A DNA stretch of 64,000 nucleotides from Pseudolabrys sp. Lineage in GTDB: Bacteria; Pseudomonadota; Alphaproteobacteria; Rhizobiales; Xanthobacteraceae. The stretch lies in NCBI GenBank assembly GCA_041662425.1, contig JBAZSM010000002.1, positions 38,159-102,158 on the forward strand, written 5' to 3'. Under the pieces are notes generated by a model that was not told the origin of the DNA, made no database searches, and was given only the letters and a program-made list of their open reading frames with translations. Position numbers and translations under genes: made by a program. Below, piece after piece: positions 19,001 to 29,374 of this stretch. The first letter of the stretch is position 1. Each line of letters starts with the position of its first letter.

Positions 19001-19621
19001 TCAGACGTCGAAGAACACCGTCTCGTTGTCGCCCTGAAGGACGATATCGAAAGTGTAGGTTGCCTGACCGGCTTTGTTCTGACGCTTGGCGATCAGCGTC
19101 GAAACCCGGTTCTGATGTTCGACGCGCCGCAGCACCGGATCGTCCGCATTGGCGGCGTCCTCGTCGGAGAAATACATCCGCGTCTGCAGACCGATATTGA
19201 TGCCGCGCGCCACGACCCAGACATTGATATGCGGCGCCGAGATTGAGCCGTTGCGCCAGGGCGTGCGTCCCGGCTTTACCGTCTCGAAGCGGTAGACGCC
19301 GCTGTCGAAGTCGGTGCCGGCGCGGCCCCAGCCGCGAAACCCGGCTGCGGCTGGCTGCTTGTCCGCCGGATGGGCGTAGTGGCCGTCGGCGTCCGCCTGC
19401 CAGATTTCAATCAGCGCATCGCGCACCAGCGAGCCAGTGCCGTCGAGGACACGGCCTTCGATGACGATCGGCTCACCCGGCGTATCGGCGCCGGCCAGCA
19501 CACTGCCGAAATTGTTCTGGAAGATATCGAAGCCGGCCATATGCGGGATCAGCCCGATATGAACGTAAGGGCCGCCGGTCTGCGAAGCGGTTTCTTTCAG
19601 GTATGCGATCTGTTGCGGCAT
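19001..19621 (-). CDS. pcaG: protocatechuate 3,4-dioxygenase alpha subunit
   Basis: 206 aa, MPQQIAYLKETASQTGGPYVHIGL...IEIWQADADGHYAHP... Confidence 0.93.
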   Translation of the reverse strand: MPQQIAYLKETASQTGGPYVHIGLIPHMAGFDIFQNNFGSVLAGADTPGEPIVIEGRVLDGTGSLVRDALIEIWQADADGHYAHPADKQPAAAGFRGWGRAGTDFDSGVYRFETVKPGRTPWRNGSISAPHINVWVVARGINIGLQTRMYFSDEDAANADDPVLRRVEHQNRVSTLIAKRQNKAGQATYTFDIVLQGDNETVFFDV

Positions 19622-19623
19622 GT

Positions 19624-20421
19624 TCAGTTCCCCTCCAGCCGGTTTTCGAACAGCGTCGAGCGGCGGCCGCGCAGCACGATGTCAAAACGATAGGCCAGAC
19701 AATCGTCGGGCACAGAGGCGTTGAGATCGAGCGGCGCGATCAGCCGGTCGATGGCGTCCTTATCCGGCACGACATTCACGATCGGGCAGATCTTGATGAG
19801 CGGATCGCCCTCGAAATACATCTGGGTGATCAGACGCTGCACGAAGCCGGTGCCGAAAATCGAGAAGTGGATATGCGCCGGCCGCCATGAATTGACGTAG
19901 TTGCGCCACGGATAGGGGCCGGGCTTTACCGTGCGGAAGTAATAATACCCGTCGTCGTCGGTGAGCGCGCGGCCGCAGCCGCCGAAATTCGGATCGATCG
20001 GCGCGAGATAAGTGTCTTTCTTGTGCCGGTAACGGCCGGATGCATTGGCCTGCCAGAATTCCACCAACGTACGCCGCACCGGGTGACCGCATTCGTCGAG
20101 CACGCGGCCGTGGACGATGATGCGTTCGCCGATCGGATCGCCGTTCTTGGCGTAGTTGCGGATCAGGTCGTTATCGAGCAGCCCGATATCGTCGTGACCG
20201 AACACCGGGCCGGTGATGTCGCCGAGCGATTGGTCGAGCGACAGTAGGGCCCGGCGCGGCGAGCGCGCCACCGAGGTTTTGTAGATCGGCTGGTAACCGG
20301 GCGGCTGCAAGGCCCGGTCCCGCGACAGGAATTCGACCGGGTTGATTTGGGGATGGGCATAGGCCGGCAGCGGCTCATCCGCCGTCACAGCCTGCCCAAA
20401 ATCCTGACCTTGAACGTTCAT
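19624..20421 (-). CDS. pcaH: protocatechuate 3,4-dioxygenase beta subunit
   Basis: Start [10 protein letters not shown]... (ATG at 20419-20421, AAGGGAGA upstream). ...[33 protein letters not shown]...[12 protein letters not shown]... The longer ORF-track N-terminus (to 20820) overlaps the divergent regulator. Confidence 0.93.
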   Translation of the reverse strand: MNVQGQDFGQAVTADEPLPAYAHPQINPVEFLSRDRALQPPGYQPIYKTSVARSPRRALLSLDQSLGDITGPVFGHDDIGLLDNDLIRNYAKNGDPIGERIIVHGRVLDECGHPVRRTLVEFWQANASGRYRHKKDTYLAPIDPNFGGCGRALTDDDGYYYFRTVKPGPYPWRNYVNSWRPAHIHFSIFGTGFVQRLITQMYFEGDPLIKICPIVNVVPDKDAIDRLIAPLDLNASVPDDCLAYRFDIVLRGRRSTLFENRLEGN

Positions 20422-20534
20422 CGTGTCTCCCTTCAGGTCTTTGTTGTGCGGCGCGCCGGCTGAACCCGGAGAAATCGGGCGTCGCGCTTCGCGACAGGGT
20501 GCGCGAATTCGATAGCGTCGATAAATAGATCGGT

Positions 20535-20546
20535 TATCATATGATA
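20535..20546. promoter_or_regulatory. 12-bp perfect palindrome TATCATATGATA in the pcaH/LysR divergent region
   Basis: Abuts the LysR start codon at 20548, in an AT-rich patch of the 126-bp divergent intergenic region. Candidate operator. Confidence 0.3.
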
Positions 20547-20547
20547 T

Positions 20548-21489
20548 ATGAGTAAAATCGATTATTCGGCGCTGGACGGGCAAAACCTGCGGCTGTTCCT
20601 GGCCGTGCTCGAGGAAGGCTCGGTCACCGGCGCGGCCGCCCGTCTCGGCGTCACCCAGTCGGCGGTGAGCCACGGCCTCGACAAATTGCGGGCGATCGTG
20701 GCCGATCCGCTTTTCGTCCGATCGGGCCGCGGCATCGTGGCGACGGCGCATGCGCGCGCGCTGGCGGCGAAAGCACACGACTTGCTCGATGGCATGAAGG
20801 CCTTCGCCAGCGGCGCGCATTTCGATCCGGCCAGTGCCCGGCTGTCGCTGACCGTCGCGGCCAACGATTTCCAGCGCGACCTGTTGCTGCCGCCTCTATT
20901 AGCGAAGCTCGCCGCCGAGACGGAGCGGGTCGACCTCCGCGTCATTCCGTCCGGCCTGCCGAGCGGCGACATGCTGCGCGAAGGCCGCTGCGATCTCCTG
21001 ATCACGCCGCGGCCGCCGGAGGGCAGCGATGTGTTTCAGCGCCTGTTGTTTCGCGATCGCTATGTCTGTTTCTACGACGCGGCAATGCGCGCCGCGCCGC
21101 GCAGCCTCGCCGCCTACTTCAAGGAGCGGCATATTACCGTCGTCTATCCCGACAATGAGCGGCTGGAATTCGACCGCCGGCTGGCGGCGAAAAAGATCGT
21201 CCGCGATATCGCCGTCCAGGTGCCGAATTTTTACGGCGTGCCGGCTTTCCTGCGCGGCACCGGCCTGCTCGCTTCAGTGCCGAGCCTGCTCCGGCACAGC
21301 ATGATGCGTGAATTCTCATACGTCATGATCGCGCTGAAAGATGGCGTCACCGATCTGCCGATGTACATGGTGTGGCATCAGCGATTCCAGAGCGACCCGG
21401 CGCACCTCTTCCTGCGCGGGCTGCTCGAACAGACCGCGCGCGATGTCGTTGGTGGTAGAACGAGCCGCGAGCGCAGCGACAATAAATGA
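20548..21489 (+). CDS. LysR family transcriptional regulator (divergent from pcaHG)
   Basis: 313 aa, ...[35 protein letters not shown]... (LysR wHTH) plus a substrate-binding domain. Confidence 0.9.
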   Translation: MSKIDYSALDGQNLRLFLAVLEEGSVTGAAARLGVTQSAVSHGLDKLRAIVADPLFVRSGRGIVATAHARALAAKAHDLLDGMKAFASGAHFDPASARLSLTVAANDFQRDLLLPPLLAKLAAETERVDLRVIPSGLPSGDMLREGRCDLLITPRPPEGSDVFQRLLFRDRYVCFYDAAMRAAPRSLAAYFKERHITVVYPDNERLEFDRRLAAKKIVRDIAVQVPNFYGVPAFLRGTGLLASVPSLLRHSMMREFSYVMIALKDGVTDLPMYMVWHQRFQSDPAHLFLRGLLEQTARDVVGGRTSRERSDNK

Positions 21490-21567
21490 GGCCGCCCCGA
21501 GGGGAACAGGGGACGGCCTCGCCCGCGCGGATGAGAGGGGCGCCGCGCAGGTTTCCGGATCGAAACG

Positions 21568-21792
21568 TCAGCGGTATCGCCAGCCGGAATCGAGGATGCG
21601 GTTGCCGATCTCGCGCTCGATGCTGTCGGTGAAGCGGCCGCCGCTGCGCGCGACGTAGGAATCGACCTCACGCTGGGCGGCGTGTTGACGGGTTTCGAAA
21701 ATGGAGTTGAGCAGCCGGCGCAGCAGGCCGGGCTTGGCGTGATCATTCGCGGCAATGCCGTGGAAGGCGGCCGCGCGGGTGGCAATAGCCAT
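21568..21792 (-). CDS. hypothetical small protein (74 aa)
   Basis: MAIATRAAAFHGIAANDHAKPGLLRRLLNSIFETRQHAAQREVDSYVARSGGRFTDSIEREIGNRIL... Divergent from a LysR gene. Resembles small conserved rhizobial proteins, from memory only. Confidence 0.5.
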   Translation of the reverse strand: MAIATRAAAFHGIAANDHAKPGLLRRLLNSIFETRQHAAQREVDSYVARSGGRFTDSIEREIGNRILDSGWRYR

Positions 21793-21915
21793 GGCGAATC
21801 TCCGGGTTCAGGGCTTTTGGTTGAGCGTCCCTCAACTGTTGCCCTGTACATTCGGCTTGTTTGATGAGCCCGACAAAGGATAAGGTCTCAGGCAACAGTT
21901 GAGGGAATCTCAACC

Positions 21916-22872
21916 ATGACGATGCCGCCGCTATCCGCCCTGCGCGCGTTTGAGGCCGCCGCTCGCCATTCGAGCCTGACCCGCGCCGCGCTCGAGCTGA
22001 ACGTTACGGCCGGCGCACTGAGCCACCAGATCCGCGGGCTTGAGGACATGCTCGGCGTGAAGCTGTTCGATCGCGGCGTGCGTTCGATTGCGCTGACGCC
22101 GGCCGGCAAGCAGCTCTATCCCGGCTTGCAGACCGGTTTTGCCCATATCCGCGACGCGGTCGCGTCACTCGACGTCGCGCATAATGCGCGGGTGCTTGTC
22201 GTCAGCACGTCGCCGGGTCTGACCTCGAAATGGCTGGCGCCGCGGCTCTATCGCTTCGCAGCCGCCTACCCGGACATCGACGTGCGCATTTCATCGACCA
22301 AGGCGAACGCCAATTTCGCCACCGACGGCATCGACATGGCGTTGCGCAACATGGCGACCGATGCGCGGCCCGATACGGCGCTGGAAATCGACAAGCTGGG
22401 TGACGTGCTGTTTCTGCCGGTGTGCAGTCCGCGGCTGTTGAAGAAATGGGGCCCGGTCCGCTCACCGGCCGATGTCGCCAGGCTGCCGCTCATTCACGAC
22501 GAGTCGTTGCCATTGCGCGGCGCGCAGCCGGACTGGAGCGAGTGGTTCAAGGCGGCTGGCGTAGAGCACATCGACCTGCGGCGCGGTCTCCGTTTCGATA
22601 GTGCCGATCACGCGCTTGATGCGGCCTGCGAAGGCGCCGGCGCTCTGCTGACCTACGACACGCTCGCTTACGACGACCTGCGGAGCGGGCGTCTCGTCAT
22701 GCCGTCAAAACTCGCACTGACCTCGAGCCGTGCGTTTCACGTGGTCTGGCCCAAAGGCCGAAAGTTGTCCGCCGCCGGGCAAGCATTCCGTCAGTGGGTG
22801 AAAGAGGAATTCGCGGCGCTCGACTGGCGTTCGATGAGAGGAAAGATCGCGCTGAAGGCCGGAAAGCCGTGA
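21916..22872 (+). CDS. LysR family transcriptional regulator (GcvA-like)
   Basis: 318 aa, MTMPPLSALRAFEAAARHSSLTRAALELNVTAGALSHQIRGLE... Confidence 0.9.
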   Translation: MTMPPLSALRAFEAAARHSSLTRAALELNVTAGALSHQIRGLEDMLGVKLFDRGVRSIALTPAGKQLYPGLQTGFAHIRDAVASLDVAHNARVLVVSTSPGLTSKWLAPRLYRFAAAYPDIDVRISSTKANANFATDGIDMALRNMATDARPDTALEIDKLGDVLFLPVCSPRLLKKWGPVRSPADVARLPLIHDESLPLRGAQPDWSEWFKAAGVEHIDLRRGLRFDSADHALDAACEGAGALLTYDTLAYDDLRSGRLVMPSKLALTSSRAFHVVWPKGRKLSAAGQAFRQWVKEEFAALDWRSMRGKIALKAGKP

Positions 22873-23004
22873 TTATAATTCTGCGCCTAAAACTTGTGCG
22901 CGTTTGCTGACAATTGATGCGGTGTTACCGCACCTGCGAAAAGGATTTGGAAACCATATCCGGGCGAGTTTCAAACGAGATAATTTCCTCCCATTGAGTT
23001 CGGA

Positions 23005-25341
23005 ATGTCCGCCCGCCCCCGCTTTCGAATTCCGCGGCCCGCTCTGTGGATCGCGGTGCCGGTGTTCCTTGTCTGCACCGCAGTCATGGGTGCGTTTTAT
23101 GTCACCGGTTCGGTCTGGGCCGCGTTCGGCGCCGGGCTCGCCGGCGCGCTTGCGGTCGGTTCATTCGCGGAGAGCCGGCTGGCCAGCGTCATCGCGTCGA
23201 TCGGCGCCATCGCCGGTGGCGACCGCTACACCCGCCTGCCGGAACTGCTCGGCGATGGTGCGATCCAGAGCTTCGGCGGCGCCGCGGCCAGAATTCGGGC
23301 GGCCTTGATCGAAGCCGATACTTTGTCGGTGGACCAGAGCCGCCGGGAAACCGAAGCGCGGCTGCATCACGCCGGCCGCCACTTTTTCACCGGTTCGTTC
23401 CGCAGCGCCGTCGACGATGTCGTCAATGCCTTCACCCAGGCCGGCGAGCGCATTCGCGGCACCGCCGGCGAACTGGCGCAAAGCAACCGGCTGATGGCGC
23501 AGCAGGTGATGGCCTCGTCCGATGCGGCGGCAAAAGCCGCCGAGGACGTTGCCGACGTCGCCTCCGCCGCGCGCGATGTTCAGGCGCTTGCGCTCGATTC
23601 CTCGCGTCAGGTTGAGGAGGCCCGCGCCGCGACGACGCGGACCGTGACCGAGCTGTCGCGCGCCGACGAGACCATGCGCAATCTCGGCCTCGCCGCCGGC
23701 CGCATCGAGCAGGTCATCAAGCTCATCCAGGCGATCGCGGGGCAGACTTCGCTGCTCGCGCTCAACGCCACGATCGAAGCCGCGCGCGCCGGCGAATCCG
23801 GCCGCGGCTTCGCCGTGGTTGCCGCCGAAGTGAAAGAACTGTCGCGCCGCACCGAAATGGCGACCAAGGAAGTCTCGACCCAGGTCCACGACATCCAGGC
23901 CGCGGTCAAGGAAGCCGCCGAAGCCATCGTCGCCGTCGACCAGAGCGTCGCCGCGATGAGCCACGTCAACGAAAATGTAACGCGGCTGATGGAACAGCAG
24001 ATCGTCAAGCTCGACCGCATCGGCACCGACGCGCGCAAGGTGGCGGTGGCCGTGGGTGAAGCCCTGCCCGGCATCCGCTCGGTCGTTGCCGACGTGGCCG
24101 ATGCCGGCGACGCGGTGCTCTCGACAGCGGACGATCTGATCAGCCGCGCGCAGTCGCTGACCTCGTCGGTCAGCCGCTATTTCGCCGATCTCGATCACGG
24201 CTCGATCAAGGTCGGCGTGCTGCATTCGCTGTCCGGCACGCTCACCACCAGCGAGCGCCCGTTGCAGCAGATGCTGGTGATGCTGATCGAGAAGCTCAAC
24301 GAGGCGGGCGGCCTGCTCGGCCGTCCGGTCGAGGCCGCGATCATGGATCCGCGCTCCGACGTCGACGCCTATGCCGGGCAGGCCGAGGCGTTGCTGCGCG
24401 ACCACAAGGTGGCCGCCATATTCGGTTGTTGGACTTCCGCTTCGCGCAAGCAGGTGTTGCCGGTGCTGGCGAAGTACGACGGCCTTCTGTTCTATCCGAG
24501 CCAATATGAAGGCGAGGAACAGTCGCCGCAGGTCATCTATACCGGCGCGACGCCGCAGCAGCAGGCCCTGCCCGCGGTCGATCATCTCATCGGTCTTGGC
24601 CGCCGCCGTTTCTTCCTGGTCGGCACCGATTACGTCTATCCGCGCACCACCAACGCCATCATCCGCAATTACCTTAAAGGTCAGCACGGCATTGGCGACG
24701 ATGCGGTCGATGAATTCTATTCGCCGTTCAACGAAATGGACTGGCGCGACACCGTGCGACGCATCCGCAAGTTTTGCGGCCGCGATGGCGCGATCATTGC
24801 CACGTTGTCCGGCGATGCGAATGTGCACTTCTTCCGCGAGCGCGCGCGCCAGGGTCTCGACGCCGACATTCTGCCGGTGATGAGCCTGTCGCTGGGCGAA
24901 GCCGAAATGTCGGCGCTGCACGAGCGCAATCTCATCGGCCACATGGTGGCGTGGAATTATCTGCAGACCATCGACACGCCGGAGAACCGGGCTTTCATCA
25001 ACGAGTGGCGGAATTTCACCGGTGAGGCCGATGCCCTCACCAACGATCCGATGGAAGCGACCTGGATCGGCTTTAACCTGTGGGCGCAGGCCGTCGGCGC
25101 CGCCGGCACGACCGAATCCCAGGCGGTGCGCCGTGCGCTGGCCGGCCGCTCGATCCGCGCGCCGTCGGGCTTCGACGTGCGGCTCGATCCCGCCAATCAG
25201 CATTTGCACAAACCGTCGGTCATCGGCCGCATGGATGAGAAGAACGTTATCTGGCCGGTCCGCGTCAGCGACCGCCTGATCGCGCCGGAGCCGTGGAGCA
25301 AATGGCTCTCGGATACGCAGGTGTTGAAGAAGGCAAGCTGA
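23005..25341 (+). CDS. methyl-accepting chemotaxis protein with C-terminal UrtA/AmiC-type ligand-binding domain
   Basis: 778 aa. Two adjacent N-terminal TM helices. MCP signalling core [35 protein letters not shown]-terminal about 370 aa: [67 protein letters not shown] (urea/amide binding-protein pattern). Confidence 0.85.
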   Translation: MSARPRFRIPRPALWIAVPVFLVCTAVMGAFYVTGSVWAAFGAGLAGALAVGSFAESRLASVIASIGAIAGGDRYTRLPELLGDGAIQSFGGAAARIRAALIEADTLSVDQSRRETEARLHHAGRHFFTGSFRSAVDDVVNAFTQAGERIRGTAGELAQSNRLMAQQVMASSDAAAKAAEDVADVASAARDVQALALDSSRQVEEARAATTRTVTELSRADETMRNLGLAAGRIEQVIKLIQAIAGQTSLLALNATIEAARAGESGRGFAVVAAEVKELSRRTEMATKEVSTQVHDIQAAVKEAAEAIVAVDQSVAAMSHVNENVTRLMEQQIVKLDRIGTDARKVAVAVGEALPGIRSVVADVADAGDAVLSTADDLISRAQSLTSSVSRYFADLDHGSIKVGVLHSLSGTLTTSERPLQQMLVMLIEKLNEAGGLLGRPVEAAIMDPRSDVDAYAGQAEALLRDHKVAAIFGCWTSASRKQVLPVLAKYDGLLFYPSQYEGEEQSPQVIYTGATPQQQALPAVDHLIGLGRRRFFLVGTDYVYPRTTNAIIRNYLKGQHGIGDDAVDEFYSPFNEMDWRDTVRRIRKFCGRDGAIIATLSGDANVHFFRERARQGLDADILPVMSLSLGEAEMSALHERNLIGHMVAWNYLQTIDTPENRAFINEWRNFTGEADALTNDPMEATWIGFNLWAQAVGAAGTTESQAVRRALAGRSIRAPSGFDVRLDPANQHLHKPSVIGRMDEKNVIWPVRVSDRLIAPEPWSKWLSDTQVLKKAS

Positions 25342-25373
25342 TTGCTCGACGTCGCCAGCCTTCTTGGTGCGGG

Positions 25374-25396
25374 ATCACCGGGACAAGCCCGGTGAT
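25374..25396. repeat. family-2 hairpin repeat
   Basis: ATCACCGGG-acaag-CCCGGTGAT. Overlaps the last codons of the 25375-27441 CDS. Confidence 0.7.
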
Positions 25397-27441
25397 GACA
25401 TACTGGAAACCGCCGCTGCGATCCTCGCCGGCTCCGTCACCGGCAGCGAACATCGCTCGCCGACACAGACGAAGGCCGCGCTCCCCGACACCGCCATCAC
25501 CTTCTCCAGCGCCGGATGGGCCGGCGGCAGTGCGCCGGCGGACGGCGCGCGTAACACGATGCGAGTGAGCGGCGACAGCTTGAGCGCGGCTTGCGCGAAG
25601 GCTTCCGCGTCCGGGCCGGTGCAGATGATCTCGGCGGCGCGCAGGCGCAGGTCGAGCGCATTGAGCAGCGCCACATGGCCGAACAGGTTCTGCGCGGCGG
25701 TCGCGAGCACGCCTTCAAGCAGACGATCCGCGCGCGCGCGCCACTGGTCGTCACCTGACAGCACCGCGAGCTGCACCAGATTGTCGGCCGCAATCGCGTT
25801 CGGATTGGGCGTGGCGTCGTCGGTGGTGGCAGAGGGGCGCATGACGAGCCCTTCCGCGTCGTCGGCGGTGAGGAAATAGCCGCCATTGCTCGCGTTGGTG
25901 TAGTGGCGGTCGAGCGCCTGCTGCCAGGACAGGGCGCGGTCGAGATAGACGCGCTCGCCGGTCGTCTCGAATAGCGCCAGCGCCGCCTTGATCATGCAGG
26001 CAAAATCCGAGGCGAGGCCGGGGACCAGAAGCTTGCCGGCACGCCAGGAATGGCCGAGGCGATCGCCGCGCGTCATTTTTTCGGCAATGAAATCAAAGGC
26101 CCGCTTCGCCATCGCCAGCCATTCCGGCGCGTCGAAGACCGTGGCGGCGTTGGCGAGCGCCGCGATCATGAGGCCGTTCCAGTCGGCGAGGATCTTGTCG
26201 TCCAATCCGGGCCGAATCCGTTTCTCGCGCTCTTTCAACAACTTACCGCGCAACATAGCCAACCGGGCCTCATCATGCTGCACCGGGTCGCCGTGACCCA
26301 TGTTGCGCGGTAAGTGCTTGAGGCGATTGAGAATAGTGTGCCCTTCGAAGTTGCCTTCGGGGCTCACGTCATATTGCAGTGCAAAATAATCGGCATCTTC
26401 GCCCAGGACGGCTCTGATTTCGGCGAGCGCCCAGACATAGAATTTGCCCTCCTCGCCCTCCGAATCGGCGTCCAAAGAGGCGCAGAAGGCCCCGTTTTCA
26501 TTGAGCATTTCGCGCTTCAGCCATTCAACGGTCTCGGCGGCGCGGGCCCTGAACAGGACATTTTTGCTGCGCCCCCACACTGCAGCAATAAGGGCGAGAA
26601 GCTGGGCGTTGTCGTACAGCATCTTCTCGAAATGCGGCACCAGCCAGCGCTCGTCGACCGAGTAGCGCGAGAAGCCGCCGCCGAGGTGGTCGTAGATGCC
26701 GCCCTCGCAGATATGAGCCAGCGTGTGCTCGATGACGTCGAAAAACCGCTCGTCGCGCGACCTTTGCCCGGCGCGCCACAGCATCTCGAACAACGCGGCC
26801 TGCGGGAATTTCGGCGCGCCGCGCAGGCCGCCATGGGTGCTGTCGAAGGCATTGCCGAGCTGTTTGGCGGCCGAATCGAGCTCCTTGAGCCCGATCGTCA
26901 CCTTGCCTTGCGGCCGCGCTACTTCGGTGAGCCTCGCCAGCAGGCCGGCCCGGCTTTGCTCGATCCGGGCCGGCTCCTCGCGAAACAGCCGCGAAACCTC
27001 GCGCAGGATGTCGGTGAAGGCCGGCCGGCCGAATTTCGCTTCCTTCGGAAAATAAGTGCCGCCCCACACCGGCTCGCCGGCCGGCGTCAGAAACATGGTC
27101 AGCGGCCAGCCGCCCTGCTCGCCGAGCAGATGCAGCGCGTTCATGTAGATCTGGTCGATGTCGGGGCGCTCTTCGCGATCGACTTTGATGTTGACGAACA
27201 GGTCGTTCATCACCGCCGCGGTGGTGTCATCCTCAAAGCTCTCATGTGCCATCACGTGGCACCAGTGACAGGCGGCATAGCCGATCGACAAAAGGATCGG
27301 ACGGTTGCTGCGCTGCGCCTCGGCCAGCGCGTCGGGTCCCCATTGCCACCAGTCGACCGGGTTGTGCCGGTGCTGCAGCAGATAAGGCGACGTCGCCTGC
27401 GCCAGGCGATTGGTGTGGGTGGGGTTTGAAGGCGAGGTCAT
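25375..27441 (-). CDS. thioredoxin-domain (DUF255/YyaL-like) protein
   Basis: 688 aa, ...[61 protein letters not shown]... Confidence 0.9.
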   Translation of the reverse strand: MTSPSNPTHTNRLAQATSPYLLQHRHNPVDWWQWGPDALAEAQRSNRPILLSIGYAACHWCHVMAHESFEDDTTAAVMNDLFVNIKVDREERPDIDQIYMNALHLLGEQGGWPLTMFLTPAGEPVWGGTYFPKEAKFGRPAFTDILREVSRLFREEPARIEQSRAGLLARLTEVARPQGKVTIGLKELDSAAKQLGNAFDSTHGGLRGAPKFPQAALFEMLWRAGQRSRDERFFDVIEHTLAHICEGGIYDHLGGGFSRYSVDERWLVPHFEKMLYDNAQLLALIAAVWGRSKNVLFRARAAETVEWLKREMLNENGAFCASLDADSEGEEGKFYVWALAEIRAVLGEDADYFALQYDVSPEGNFEGHTILNRLKHLPRNMGHGDPVQHDEARLAMLRGKLLKEREKRIRPGLDDKILADWNGLMIAALANAATVFDAPEWLAMAKRAFDFIAEKMTRGDRLGHSWRAGKLLVPGLASDFACMIKAALALFETTGERVYLDRALSWQQALDRHYTNASNGGYFLTADDAEGLVMRPSATTDDATPNPNAIAADNLVQLAVLSGDDQWRARADRLLEGVLATAAQNLFGHVALLNALDLRLRAAEIICTGPDAEAFAQAALKLSPLTRIVLRAPSAGALPPAHPALEKVMAVSGSAAFVCVGERCSLPVTEPARIAAAVSSMSSPGLSR

Positions 27442-27541
27442 GACGCCACACTAACGTGCCACGGCGGCAAATGTCCCCGCATCGATTGTCATTCCGGGTT
27501 TGCGTGCCTTCCGGCTCGCGCCCCGCAACGGCAAGTACAAG

Positions 27542-27931
27542 TTACTTCACCCTTTGCCACGTCTCGCCGCGGCACAGCACGAGGGCGACGCAGCCTTTGA
27601 GGCTCAGCGCGCTCGCGCTCTCGAGCGTCACGACGCCGGAATAGGTCTTGCCGGATTCGAGGTCGAGCAGATCGCCCTTCCAGACATTGTCGCCCGATTT
27701 CTCGGCGCCCTTCAGGATGACGGTGCCGACCTCTTTTTTGCGGCTTTCGTCTTTCACCGCTGCGACCTTGGCGCAAAGCCTAGCCCCGCACGGGTAGAAC
27801 GAGACCTGCGTTCCGGTCGAGGGCCGCCGCCATGTGCCATAGGGCTCAGCGGCCTGGGCGGTGCCGGCCAGCGACAGAAACAGCGATGCTGCGGCAAGAC
27901 GCGATAGAGACGCGGCGATGGTCCCGGCCAT
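27542..27931 (-). CDS. DUF2147 domain-containing secreted protein
   Basis: 129 aa with signal peptide, then ...PYGTWRRPSTGTQVSFYPCGARLCAKV...GKTYSGVVTLESASALSLKGCV... Confidence 0.75.
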   Translation of the reverse strand: MAGTIAASLSRLAAASLFLSLAGTAQAAEPYGTWRRPSTGTQVSFYPCGARLCAKVAAVKDESRKKEVGTVILKGAEKSGDNVWKGDLLDLESGKTYSGVVTLESASALSLKGCVALVLCRGETWQRVK

Positions 27932-28116
27932 CGGATCCTCCCTCTTTTTTATGGCGTCAGTCTAGCAGGGGGCGGCGTACGGAGTCCCGCGCGGGCGCTG
28001 CCGGCAAAATCAAATATTTCGTCCCGCAGCGCGGCGAGATTGAAGCCGCACTTCATTTTGCCGAAGCGCCGGTCTAGTTTTTCGCCGGGACAATCACGGG
28101 AGCGGGGCGATCGGCG

Positions 28117-28821
28117 ATGAAGCGGACCGGTGGATCGAGCCTGGTTGCAATTATGGCTGCGATGCTGACGCTTTCAGCCGGCGCCGCGCGGGCCGACGAA
28201 ACTGTGAGTATCGGCGGCTCGCAAGCCGCGCTGCTCAAGCCGGCATCGCCGCGAGCGAGTGTTATTCTCATGCCGGGCGGCGATGGCGATCTGCGGGTCG
28301 GTCCGGGCGGCAGCATCGGCAGTCTCAAGAACAATCAGCTGGTGCGGACACGCGATGCCTATAAGGCGCGTGGCCTCGCTGTGCTCGTGGTCGACGCGGG
28401 CGTCAATCTCAGCGCCGCCGTCGATTACATGCGAGCCATCAAAAGCCCTGTCACCGTGGTTGCGACGAGCCGCGGCACGCTGCGCGCGGCGTCGGGCATC
28501 GCGCGCGGTGCAAGGCCGGATGCGCTGGTGCTGACATCGGGATTTCTGAGCGACGAATCGGGGCGGGACAGGAATGTCATCGGCATTCTAGGCTCACCGG
28601 ATCGGTTGCCGCGCACGCTTGTCATTCATCATCGCCAGGACGGATGCCGGTTCACGCAGCCGGCCGGCGTCGATCCTTTCATCAAATGGGCCGGCGGCAA
28701 GGCACGAGTCGTATGGCTCGATGGCGGCAACGAAGTCGGCAATCCGTGCCAGGCGAAATCGCATCACGGCTTTCTCGGTCTCGATGGCAAGGTCGTGTCG
28801 CTGGCGGCGGGATTTCATTGA
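28117..28821 (+). CDS. secreted alpha/beta-hydrolase-fold protein
   Basis: 234 aa, signal peptide MKRTGGSSLVAIMAAMLTLSAGAARA, ...VILMPGGDG...VVATSRGT...LVIHHRQDGC... Weak family call. Confidence 0.55.
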   Translation: MKRTGGSSLVAIMAAMLTLSAGAARADETVSIGGSQAALLKPASPRASVILMPGGDGDLRVGPGGSIGSLKNNQLVRTRDAYKARGLAVLVVDAGVNLSAAVDYMRAIKSPVTVVATSRGTLRAASGIARGARPDALVLTSGFLSDESGRDRNVIGILGSPDRLPRTLVIHHRQDGCRFTQPAGVDPFIKWAGGKARVVWLDGGNEVGNPCQAKSHHGFLGLDGKVVSLAAGFH

Positions 28822-28863
28822 GACGCAATTGAGCGCGAACGCGCACGAGCGATGGGGACGGCC

Positions 28864-29259
28864 ATGAAGTTTATCAATTCGCCTGCTGCGCAGGCCTTGA
28901 AGCTTCCGTTCAGTCAAGCGGTTCAGGTGGGTGATATCCTTTATCTGTCGGGTCAGCTCGGCAATAGACCGGGGACGCTTGAGCTCGCGCCGGGCGGGCT
29001 CGAAGCCGAGACGCGCCAAACGATGGACAACATCGCCGCGATGCTGAAGGAGAACGGTCTGTCATTCGCCGACGTCTTCAAGGTGACGGTGATGCTCGCC
29101 GACATGTCGAAGTGGCCGGACTTCAACAAGGTTTACGTGACCTATTTCGATCCGGGCCGCCTGCCCGCCCGCTCCGCCTTTGGTTGCAACGGCCTCGCGC
29201 TCGGCGCGCAGGTCGAGCTCGAGTGCATGGCCTATGTCGGCAGCGGCTCGCGCGCTTGA
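28864..29259 (+). CDS. RidA family protein
   Basis: MKFINSPAAQALKLPFSQAVQVGDILYLSGQLG...VTVMLADMSKWPDFNKVY...PARSAFG...VELECMA. Alternative start at 28852. Confidence 0.88.
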   Translation: MKFINSPAAQALKLPFSQAVQVGDILYLSGQLGNRPGTLELAPGGLEAETRQTMDNIAAMLKENGLSFADVFKVTVMLADMSKWPDFNKVYVTYFDPGRLPARSAFGCNGLALGAQVELECMAYVGSGSRA

Positions 29260-29374
29260 CGGCCATCGCGCGGCGAAGCGTTTTCAGAGTCGCAATGGTT
29301 AAAGGCCGGGCGCTGGATTGATTGCGGTCGTCGACGGTCTTGACCTGAACGGCGGTTGGGCGTTTGCCTGCGAA

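Noticed and set aside
20422-20820. 133-codon N-terminal extension of the pcaH ORF
   Set aside because: It overlaps the divergent LysR gene and the promoter region. PcaH-like sequence and a good RBS start at 20421.
23161-25209. 682-aa minus-strand ORF
   Set aside because: Entirely antisense to the chemoreceptor gene. Arg/Gly/Ala/Asp-rich low-information sequence with no recognisable motif.
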